Origin: Patescibacteria group bacterium
GTDB lineage: Bacteria > Patescibacteriota > Minisyncoccia > UBA6257 > UBA9933
Length of the DNA: 64,000 nucleotides
Direction of reading: 5' to 3'
Assembly (NCBI GenBank): GCA_038078555.1
Contig: JBBTYQ010000003.1
Location: 397-64,396, forward strand
Shown: piece after piece, positions 18,532-27,200 of the stretch
Numbering within the stretch: the first letter of the stretch is position 1
Layout of the letters: each line of letters begins with the position of its first letter
Program-made: the position numbers and the translations under genes
Notes under the pieces: generated by a model
Seen by the model: the letters and a program-made list of their open reading frames with translations, nothing else
What the model was told of the DNA's origin: nothing
The model's database searches: none

Positions 18532-18876
18532 TTAATTAACGCTAATAATCACATAGATTGCCATTAAAATCAAGATGGCAATGCCTAAGCTGCAAAAAAC
18601 CAAAATATAGGAAAGAAAACGCTCTCTGTCATAAATAAAATCGGCAAGGAAAAAATTGACAAGTATTATCGCAAACGAAGAAACAGTAATCCCAAGAGCT
18701 TCAAATTTTCCGCCAAAAAAATCAACTCCGACATACTCATTAAAATGAATTACCAGCGGCAATGAAGCGTTTTTTAATTTAAAATAAACCATTGCTGACG
18801 ATAATAATACCAGAACAAGAGTTGTGCCGGAAACCAGCCTAAGATGTTTGTCTTTAATTATATTTGAAAAAATCAT
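18532..18876 (-). CDS. Small membrane protein, unknown function
   Basis: It has three hydrophobic helices. The ORF-track start at 18897 lies inside tRNA-Glu, so the internal ATG at 18876 (MIFSNII...) is more likely. Confidence 0.5.
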   Translation of the reverse strand: MIFSNIIKDKHLRLVSGTTLVLVLLSSAMVYFKLKNASLPLVIHFNEYVGVDFFGGKFEALGITVSSFAIILVNFFLADFIYDRERFLSYILVFCSLGIAILILMAIYVIISVN

Positions 18877-18889
18877 TTTTTTAAATTTG

Positions 18890-18962
18890 TAGCGCATACG
18901 GGAATCGAACCCGTGTTACGTGCTTGAGAAGCACGTGTCCTAGACCACTAGACGAATGCGCC
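18890..18962 (-). tRNA. tRNA-Glu(CUC)
   Basis: 73 nt with a Glu-type D region (GTCTAGTGGTCTAGGAC), anticodon arm CGTGC-TTCTCAA-GCACG, and T arm CGGGTTCGATTCCCG. Confidence 0.88.
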
Positions 18963-19013
18963 ATATATTTTAGCTTGATAGCTAATTAGATGGATAGCTC
19001 GTTAGTTAAAAAG

Positions 19014-20288
19014 CTAACCAGCTATTTTTATTTCTTCCACTATTTTATCCAAACCAACTGCATGCGATGCTTTAATTAAAATGATATCGTCTTTTTTTAA
19101 TAATTTCTTGATTGAATTTAAAGCTTCTTCCGCTGTGTCGAAAAACAAAACTTTATTTTTTTCTAATCCGCTAATTATAGCGGAATCAGCCATAAATTTT
19201 CCCCTAGGACCAACCGTAATCAAAATATCTGCGGATTGGGCCGCCAGTTTGCCGATTGATTCGTGAGCCTCAATAGAATACTTGCCCAATTCCAGCATAT
19301 CGCCCAGTATCGCAATTTTTCTTTCTCCTTCAAGCTCTTTTAAGGTTTCGAGCGCTGATTCCATTGAAAGAGGAGAGGCATTATAGCTATCGTCAATAAT
19401 ATAACTGTTTTTAATGCCGTAAATCAAATTCATCCTGGCTTTGGCCGGTTTATAATTAGCTGATAGAGCTTCGGCCGCTTCAACTAAATTAATCCCATAA
19501 ATAACGCCGACAAGCGCGCCAATTGCCGCGGCATAAGCATGCGCTTTGCCGAAAACGCCTCTTAAATTAACCGGCACAAAACTGCTTTCTTTTTCAAATT
19601 TAAAGGAAATACCGATCGGCTTGTTATTTTCGGAGCGGTTTTCAAAACTGGTAATTTTTAAATTTGAATCGCTGCTAAAACCGAAGGTCAGAATTTGAGC
19701 TCTTGTTTTTTCTTTCATCGCTAAAACTAAATTATCATCGTTATTTAAAACAGCCCAATTTAACGAAGACAAATCATCAATAAGTTTTGCTTTTTCTCTG
19801 GCTATGGCTTCTACGTCACTATAAAATTCAATATGCACCGGCACTTCGCCCACTGCAGTTACCACGGCAATTTTCGGCTGAGCAATTTCCAAAAGATATT
19901 TAATATCGCCCGGCTTAGATGCCCCGTATTCTAAAATCAAAATATCGGGATAATTAAAACGAGAAATAAAAGAAAACAGCAATTTTAACGCTGAAATAAC
20001 AATAATTTTTAGCCAGAAAAATATCAGCGGGCGCTCCACTTTCTGCCAAGAACCTAAAATAGTAAGCGGCACGCCAAGCTCATTATTAAAATTTTCGCTT
20101 GCTTTTCTTACATTTTTTTTGCCGTTTGCATTTGAATAACCGCTTAAAACAGCAAAAATCGCCTCTTTGGCCGATGTTTTACCAACACTTCCGGTAATAG
20201 CAATAATATCGGGCTCAAAACGCCAAATAGTCAAACGAGCAAGCTGTTTGAGAACGTATTTTAGAATGTTTAACGAGATTTGATGCAT
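19014..20288 (-). CDS. murF: UDP-MurNAc-tripeptide--D-Ala-D-Ala ligase (MurF-type Mur ligase)
   Basis: 424 aa with the P-loop ITGSVGKTS and the MurF-like NNELGVPLT. It lies in the dcw cluster after ftsI. Confidence 0.85.
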   Translation of the reverse strand: MHQISLNILKYVLKQLARLTIWRFEPDIIAITGSVGKTSAKEAIFAVLSGYSNANGKKNVRKASENFNNELGVPLTILGSWQKVERPLIFFWLKIIVISALKLLFSFISRFNYPDILILEYGASKPGDIKYLLEIAQPKIAVVTAVGEVPVHIEFYSDVEAIAREKAKLIDDLSSLNWAVLNNDDNLVLAMKEKTRAQILTFGFSSDSNLKITSFENRSENNKPIGISFKFEKESSFVPVNLRGVFGKAHAYAAAIGALVGVIYGINLVEAAEALSANYKPAKARMNLIYGIKNSYIIDDSYNASPLSMESALETLKELEGERKIAILGDMLELGKYSIEAHESIGKLAAQSADILITVGPRGKFMADSAIISGLEKNKVLFFDTAEEALNSIKKLLKKDDIILIKASHAVGLDKIVEEIKIAG

Positions 20289-20295
20289 TTTAATT

Positions 20296-21963
20296 TCATA
20301 GATTATCCGGTGCTATATTATAATAATTTATTATAAATTGCGCTAATTCTTTAAAAGCCGGCGCAACTGTCTGGCCGGCCAATGGAGCTCCGGATGCTTT
20401 ATCTAATTTTATCAGAATAATAAACCTTGGGTCTGAAGCGGATGCAAAACCGACATAAGTATTTATAACTTGGTCGGAATAGCCGCCGCGCTTTAAGTCG
20501 GGAACGAAAGCGGTTCCGGTTTTTCCACCAATTGAATAATTAGGGATATCGGCAACTTTATTAAGCCGAACAGCTGAAACCATTGTTTTTATCACTTTCT
20601 GAGCCGATTCTTCGCTAATCACTCGCGCAACTATTTGCGGATTTTCTTCGGCTGAAATAATAGGTTTCATTAAAACTCCGCCATTAGCAATAGCAGAAAC
20701 AGCGCTGATTAGTTGAAGCGGGGTAACTGAAACTCCCTGACCAAAAGACGCAGTGGCAAAATCAATATCCTTGCCTTTTTTTAAATTATTTATATTTCCC
20801 TTAACTTCGCCCGGTAAATTTACGCCGGTTAATTTGCCCAAACCGAATTTAATAAGATATTCCTTAAAAATATTATGGCCTATTTTTTTTTCCGCGAAAA
20901 CAGTGCCGACATTTAAGGAATGCTCGATAACACTGGTCATGGTCTGTTTTCCGTAAGCTTTTTTGTCCCAGTTTTCAATTTTCTTTCCGTTTAAAATAAC
21001 CGAACCAGTATCAATATATGTTGTGTCAGGAGTTATTTTTCCGCTGTCAAAACCGGCTGCCATGGTAATTACTTTAAAAACCGAACCCGGCTCATAAACC
21101 AATTCTACCGCAGGATTCATAAAATTTTTAATCTCCGACTTGGAATATTCATTGGGGTCAAAATCAGGAAAATTAACCATCGCAAGAATTTTTCCGGTCT
21201 TTGGCTCCTCGACAATAGCCGTACCTCCTTCGGCTTGCCAATCATTTATTAATTTTTTCAGAATTTCCTCGGCTTGAGTCTGAATATTTATATCAATCGT
21301 TAAAATAACATCTGAGCCGTTTTGAGCTTTAATAAATTTATTATCTTTTTCTTCACCGGGCTGGCCAGCTAAAGACAAATTACGCTCAAGTTCAATTCCA
21401 TAACGGCCCATTTCCACATCGCCGTATTTTTTCATTTCGGCTTCATTGGCTGAAGCGACAAATCCCAAAACATGAGAAGCTAAATTTTTAAAGGGATAAG
21501 AGCGAAGTTTTTGCTGGTCAATATAAATTCCTTTAAAATTATTTTCTTTTAAGTTGTCTATTTGTTCGCTATCCGCTTTCTGGACAATCAATTCATAAGA
21601 ATCTTCTCGCTTATTCAATTTTCTTTCCAAAATTGGTCCGGAAATTTTTATCGCTTGATTTAATTCCTCTACTGATTCATTAAATTTTTTATTTTCTTCA
21701 AAAAGGCCTTCCCAAAATTTCTTGGGATCAGCGAAAATTACAGGATAATCCTTGTTTAAGGCCGCGGGAATCAAATTATTATTTTTATCGGTAAAGTAAA
21801 TATTGCCTCTTAACGGCTCTAAAATTCCACTGGCTTTTCGCTGAGCAACGGCTCTATCATAATAAGCATTGCCATTTTTTATCTGAATATTAAAAAAATT
21901 GGATATTAAAAATAAGTAAGAAATAATAATAACTACAAAGACCAGGGGAAAACGCCATCTCAT
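20296..21963 (-). CDS. ftsI: Division transpeptidase FtsI / PBP (class B)
   Basis: 555 aa with an N-terminal TM helix and the motifs SxxK (SVFK), SLN and KTGTA. It is in dcw cluster context. Confidence 0.9.
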   Translation of the reverse strand: MRWRFPLVFVVIIISYLFLISNFFNIQIKNGNAYYDRAVAQRKASGILEPLRGNIYFTDKNNNLIPAALNKDYPVIFADPKKFWEGLFEENKKFNESVEELNQAIKISGPILERKLNKREDSYELIVQKADSEQIDNLKENNFKGIYIDQQKLRSYPFKNLASHVLGFVASANEAEMKKYGDVEMGRYGIELERNLSLAGQPGEEKDNKFIKAQNGSDVILTIDINIQTQAEEILKKLINDWQAEGGTAIVEEPKTGKILAMVNFPDFDPNEYSKSEIKNFMNPAVELVYEPGSVFKVITMAAGFDSGKITPDTTYIDTGSVILNGKKIENWDKKAYGKQTMTSVIEHSLNVGTVFAEKKIGHNIFKEYLIKFGLGKLTGVNLPGEVKGNINNLKKGKDIDFATASFGQGVSVTPLQLISAVSAIANGGVLMKPIISAEENPQIVARVISEESAQKVIKTMVSAVRLNKVADIPNYSIGGKTGTAFVPDLKRGGYSDQVINTYVGFASASDPRFIILIKLDKASGAPLAGQTVAPAFKELAQFIINYYNIAPDNL

Positions 21964-21975
21964 AAATTTCTAAAT

Positions 21976-22290
21976 TTAATTGCTAATAGTAAGCTGTTTA
22001 TTGATTGCTCTTATATATTCCGGATGTTCGTCTAAAACCAGCGATTGATTATTTTTAAACGATTCTAAATTCTTTAAATCCGTCATTTGATATAAAGTGT
22101 TCTTAAATTCGGCATTTTTTGTCTCTAAATTTCTGATATTTGATTCCATTTTACTTATTTCATGCCGAAAATTGACGGATTGATTATAAATAAAAATTCC
22201 CCACGCTACAGAGGCAATTAGAACCAGCATTAAAAAAGATATAACAAAATTTATTTTATTTTTATTTTTATTGGGTTGAATAATAGTCAT
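21976..22290 (-). CDS. FtsL-like small bitopic division protein
   Basis: 104 aa with one TM helix and then a coiled-coil. It sits between rsmH and ftsI, as ftsL does. Confidence 0.6.
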   Translation of the reverse strand: MTIIQPNKNKNKINFVISFLMLVLIASVAWGIFIYNQSVNFRHEISKMESNIRNLETKNAEFKNTLYQMTDLKNLESFKNNQSLVLDEHPEYIRAINKQLTISN

Positions 22291-22291
22291 T

Positions 22292-23188
22292 TTAATTTAA
22301 TTTAATGGCTCTTAATTTTGCAGAACGGCTCCTTGAGTTTTCTCTAATTTCTTCATCGCTCGGCCTGATTGGCTTTTTAGTCAAAATTTCCGCTTTGGCT
22401 TCATTTTTTAATTTCCGGAAATTAGTTTTTACCAGACGATCTTCCAAGGAATGAAAAGAAATTATTGCTATTCGACCTTTTGGTTTAATTATTTTTTCTA
22501 AATCGCTTGAAATTTTTTCCAGATTTTCCAGCTCATGATTTACATAAATCCTTAGCGCCTGAAAAACCCTTGTAGCCGGATGAATTCTGCCTCTTTCGTA
22601 ATTTCCAGGCACCGCTTTTTTAATAACTTCGACTAAATCAAAAGCGGTTATTATTTTTTTCTTTCGCCTTTCTTCAAAAATTTTTTTAGCTATCTGCCGG
22701 GAAAATTTTTCTTCTCCGTATAGCCAAAAAATATCGGCCAGCTCTTTATCGCTAAAACTATTTACAATCTCGCTCGCTGTCATATCTTCGGATTCTGTGT
22801 TATATCTCATATCCAAAATCTCGTTTTTTAAAAAACTAAATCCTCTGCCTGATTTTTCCAGTTGCTCCGACGAAAACCCCAAATCAAGAATCAAACCGTC
22901 GGCTTTTGGCAAATCACATTTTTTTAAAATTTCCGGCAGATTTACATTATTTTCATTTACAAAAATCACATTTTCAAAATTTTTAAAAATTCCATTTTTT
23001 AGCGATTCAATATTTTTTTTATCCCAATCAATCACCAATAATTTCCCTTCAGGGCCGATTCTTTCCAGAATTTTGACGCTGTGCCCTCCGCTTCCGGCTG
23101 TGCCATCTATAAAAAATTCTCCGGTTTTAGGATTTAAAATATCTATTGTTTCTTTTAAAAGAACTGGAACGTGAACCATAATTTTCAA
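22292..23188 (-). CDS. rsmH: 16S rRNA m4C1402 methyltransferase RsmH (MraW)
   Basis: 298 aa with HVPVLLKE, the SAM motif DGTAGSGGHS, and DLGFSS. Confidence 0.95.
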   Translation of the reverse strand: MKIMVHVPVLLKETIDILNPKTGEFFIDGTAGSGGHSVKILERIGPEGKLLVIDWDKKNIESLKNGIFKNFENVIFVNENNVNLPEILKKCDLPKADGLILDLGFSSEQLEKSGRGFSFLKNEILDMRYNTESEDMTASEIVNSFSDKELADIFWLYGEEKFSRQIAKKIFEERRKKKIITAFDLVEVIKKAVPGNYERGRIHPATRVFQALRIYVNHELENLEKISSDLEKIIKPKGRIAIISFHSLEDRLVKTNFRKLKNEAKAEILTKKPIRPSDEEIRENSRSRSAKLRAIKLN

Positions 23189-23280
23189 TTTCTAATTCTC
23201 AATTTTCCAATCAATTTTCAATTATTTAATTTCTAATTTATTTCTTATTATCTTTTGAAAATTGATAATTGAAAATTAAT

Positions 23281-23733
23281 TTAAATTCCCAACTCCGACA
23301 GTTTCTCCGCTATTTCATCGGACGCGCTTTCTGTTTTAGCTTTATATTCTTTCCATGCCAGACTGTCCCAAATTTCAATTCTGTTATACAAACCGGCTAT
23401 CACTGCTTCTTTTTTTAATCCGGCATATTCTCTTAAATAATCCGGTATTAAAATTCTGCCTTGCTTGTCTATTTCAACATCCATTGCACCGGCAAGCATA
23501 AGCCTTGCAAAAGCTCGCGAATTGGCTTGAACCAAAGGTAAAGCAATAAGCTTTTGAGCTAAAATTTCCCAATCTTTAGCGCCAAAAGCAAATAAACAAT
23601 GGTCTAAACCTCTGGTAATAATTGCTCCGCCTGAAAGGTTTGGCCTAAATTTTGCCGGCAAAGCAATTCTGCCTTTAGAGTCTAAATTATGTTGGTATTC
23701 GCCTAATAGCATGCGAATTTTTTCTACAAGCAA
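23281..23733 (-). CDS. mraZ: Transcriptional regulator MraZ
   Basis: It has two SpoVT/AbrB-like halves with DSKGRIALP and DKQGRILIP. A MraZ-like N-terminus (MLLGEYQH) suggests the start at 23712 rather than 23733. Confidence 0.93.
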   Translation of the reverse strand: MLVEKIRMLLGEYQHNLDSKGRIALPAKFRPNLSGGAIITRGLDHCLFAFGAKDWEILAQKLIALPLVQANSRAFARLMLAGAMDVEIDKQGRILIPDYLREYAGLKKEAVIAGLYNRIEIWDSLAWKEYKAKTESASDEIAEKLSELGI

Positions 23734-23756
23734 GGCGAGTAGCTGAAAAATTCAGC

Positions 23757-24010
23757 ACCCCGCCCTCTATGCATTAATTCTTTTTTTGAGCGCTCGCCAA
23801 GCGCTACCATAATATTTAAGTTTTTTCTCTCTGCTTCTCGCATCTTGTTCGTATAAATAAGCTTCATAATAAATATATTTATCTTCTGGGAAATTTAGTT
23901 TATGTTCTTTTATCCGCCTTTCTAAATCATTTGTATAGCCAATATATAATTCGTCATTCTTTCGATTTTTGATTACGTAAACAAAATACATAACGCTTAG
24001 AGGGCGGGGT
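23757..24010. repeat. 13-bp perfect inverted repeat bracketing the GIY-YIG ORF
   Basis: ACCCCGCCCTCTA at 23757-23769 overlaps the stop codon. Its reverse complement TAGAGGGCGGGGT is at 23998-24010, 6 nt upstream of the start codon. Confidence 0.85.
23767..23991 (-). CDS. GIY-YIG nuclease family protein
   Basis: 74 aa with MYFVYVIKNRKNDELYIGYTNDLERRIKEH. Confidence 0.85.
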   Translation of the reverse strand: MYFVYVIKNRKNDELYIGYTNDLERRIKEHKLNFPEDKYIYYEAYLYEQDARSREKKLKYYGSAWRALKKRINA

Positions 24011-24081
24011 AACTCGATTTTGTAAATTCGCTCTGCTCATACAAAATCGGTTATCCCCCATTTATTGACTTTTCCCCATAC

Positions 24082-24127
24082 TTATCCACAATTCCCCACT
24101 TCTATTTAATTTTGCTCCACTTATAAT
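24082..24127 (+). promoter_or_regulatory. TTATCCACA-N31-TATAAT promoter-like module (plus strand, no downstream gene)
   Basis: TTATCCACA is at 24082-24090 and TATAAT at 24122-24127. It has the same architecture as the sites upstream of the genes starting at 29684 and 63687. Confidence 0.45.
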
Positions 24128-24163
24128 AATGAGTCAAGCGATTAAAAAATTTTAAGAGCAACT

Positions 24164-24192
24164 AAAAAGCCCGCTATTTAAGCGGGCTTTTT
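24164..24192. terminator. Bidirectional terminator (giant gene / candidate short plus-strand transcript)
   Basis: An 8-bp stem (AGCCCGCT / AGCGGGCT) with loop ATTTA is flanked by an A-run and a T-run. Confidence 0.75.
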
Positions 24193-24227
24193 AAAATTAA
24201 TTCAAAATTTATTCACAGCTTATCCCC

Positions 24228-27200
24228 TTATCTTACTTTCTTCAAAAACTGGAATGTTTCCTCGAAGTTTTTAACAATAACATCAACGATTGATTCTGAT
24301 TGGCGCGGCGTAATAATTGTTCTAATCGGAGAAATCGTCTTATTTCCGGCATCGTCAACTGAAGCAACTCTCATTCTATAAAGGCTGCCTGGTTTTAATT
24401 TTGTGATAATTACATTATGCGTCTCGCTGAAATTATCGCTAATCTCTACTCTATTATTAAGCGGGTCGTCAGCCGAACCGGAACCTTCGGCATATTCTAC
24501 GAGCGAGGTTGACGGCTCATCGCTCTTCCAACTCACGATTGTCTGAACTCTGTCATTTCTGCCAGGAATCATGGCGCTGTCAATCTTAAGATTGGAAATC
24601 ACCGGAGCAGCCACGTCTCTGCTGGTTTTTGCAGTAAGCGTTTCTTGAGACTCAATCAGACTGCCTGCTTCGCTATAACCGGAAACTTTAATCTCGTAAG
24701 AAGTGTCTGGCGTAAGATTTTCAATTTTAATGTTGTGGTCAACGATTTTTTCTTCCCTGATTTTCTGTCCGATTTCTCCGGTTCTTAAATTCTTGTACTC
24801 CACAATGGAACTGGCTGGCTGTTCCGTAAACCAAACTACCACAATAGCGTCGTTATCAATATCAGAAACGCGAGAATTTATTTTTCCGGCTTTAGTGGAA
24901 AAAGTTAGGTCAGCGCTCTTGCCTACTGCCTGAGGCAGGCTAAAAGACTTTGTCATATAGTGATATTTGGCGTTTGGCGCTAAACCGCTTAATGTAATTT
25001 CATGACTGGCGCTTTTAATTTCAATATTAGAAACTTCCGAAATATAAGGATTTGTTTTAGAAATATCGTAATCTTTTTCCAAAGCATAAGCCACAACCGA
25101 ATAAGCCGGAATATTAGTTTTCCATTTTACAATCGCGGAGTTTTCGGTAATATCAACAACTCTCGGTTCTTCAATAAAAGGTGGAAGAATTGAAGGCAAA
25201 ATTGACTCAATTGATTTTTCTATCGCTTCCTGGAATTGCGAAGCTCTTTCGAGAGTCACTAAGTCTCTTACAGATTCGGCAAAAAACTTGGTGCTGAAAG
25301 TTTGATCAGGAGAAGAGCCGGAATTTCCCGCTTTATCAATTGCTTTTACTTTAAAATGATAATCCGTGCCCATTCTAAGATTGGAAAGTTTAATACTATG
25401 AGTCGTGCGAAAATCCGAAGAAGCGGAGTTTAAGCCGTATTCAGCATTTTCTCCGTAATCAACAAAAACTGTGGAATCCTCATTAGTGGTTAAGTTTACA
25501 ATTGCGCTGAATGCGCCAATGCTTGAAACTTCAATATTGCCTATCGTCGGTCCTGACGTATCATTTGCTCCAGCGCCTCCTCCGCCGCTTACCACATAAA
25601 CCGTTATTGTTTCTTTTTCCGAAGCGGAAGTGAAATTTTGCTCGTCAGAAACAGCTGTGGCGCTGTCGGGATTCATATCGTAAGATTTAACCCGGAAATA
25701 ATATTGAGTAACCGCGCTTAGGCCGCTAATCGTGACAATATGGCCGGTGGTCAAAGTATTATCGCGCGTGGTGGTAGTGGCATAATTTCCGGTTGAAGCT
25801 GAACTTGGGCCGTATTCCACTTGAGAAGTTGACGGCTCGTCAGTTGACCAAGTAATGACTGCGTGCGTGTTTGTAATAAGCGGAGTTATGATATTGGAAA
25901 TTACCGGCGGTTTGGTATCAAGAGTTGTCCGGCACTGATAAAAATTTCCGCTGTTGTTCTCTATGGCGGCGTTATTATTTGAATCATTGGATTGAACCCG
26001 CAAGTAATAATTTGTTCCCTGAGACAAACCGGTTAAATTAACACTGTGCTGATATAATCCGCCGGCCAAAGCGCCGGAACCAACCATGCCGCTTGAGACA
26101 GAACTGGTGGCGTTTGTTAAAGTGGAATTCACCGAATAATCAACTCTGGAGTTAGAATCAACATTGGTATTCCATGAAACCGTAAAAGAGGTGCCAACAA
26201 TATTAGTACAGGAAACACTTGTAATCGCCGGACCGCCAACAGTCGTAAAGCTATAACCGACGCCGCTATTATCGTCTGTTCGGGTGTTGTTTAAAATGTC
26301 TGTTGATTTTACGCGGAAATAATAAGTGGCGCTGGGAGTAAGCCCGGTAATATAGACCGTATGAGGCGTAGAAGACGCGAGTAGTGTTTCAACATAAACA
26401 GAGGAAGTATATGAGCCTTGAGTGGCGGAATATTCAACCCGCGAATCGGCGTATTCGTCGGTCTCCCAAGTGATTTTTGCCCAAGTTGACTGCACTTCAG
26501 TGCTTGAAGCGTTGGAAATTATCGGCGCGGTATTATCCGTGCCTCCTTGGCCGTCAACATAGTCATTAGCTACTGCGGAAAATTCCGACTTATCGCCGTC
26601 AGTGTCAACAAATTTAACTTTATAATAATAAGTAGTTGAAGAAGAAACGCTGGAATCAGTGTAATAATTAGTTGAAGAACTTGTAATAGTAGAAATCTGG
26701 CTGTAATTCGAATTGTCGGTGGAGCGAAAAACTTGATAAGAAGCATATGTAGCGCCGGAAGTGGCGGTATAAGGCACCCAGGAAATAAATTCCCGCCATT
26801 GGCTGGTATCAGCATTAGAAACATCCTTAATGTTTAAGCCGGTTGAATTTTGACTGCCGATGGCCGGCGCAACAACCGAACCGGAAGAAGTGTTTCCATA
26901 AACATCTCTAACCTCATAATAAACTGATTCTGAATTAGGCGCGGCGCTGATTGCCCAAGTTGTTGAGGAATTTATAGAAGTAGCACCAACGCTTTGCCAC
27001 TGGCCGCTTGTGCCGTTTGAGCCGTCAGCTGATAGATTGCTGTTATTGGAAAATCTGTAAGAGATATTAGAATCATCGGAAAAATTAAAGCTTAAAATAT
27101 TACCGGTTGAACCGCCGGCGCTGGAATCAAAAGTTACGGTCGCGGTCGGAACTTTTGTATCAAGAGTAAAAACCGCGCTGGTGGAAGAAGTAATGGAATT

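Noticed and set aside
24040-24230. A possible chromosomal origin (oriC), suggested by a perfect DnaA box plus two imperfect boxes in one spacer
   Set aside because: There is only one perfect box here and no tandem cluster. No obvious 13-mer AT-rich unwinding repeats are present, no dnaA or dnaN is nearby, and there is no switch in gene orientation across the site. The same 9-mer recurs at fixed distance from TATAAT boxes elsewhere, which points to promoter regulation.
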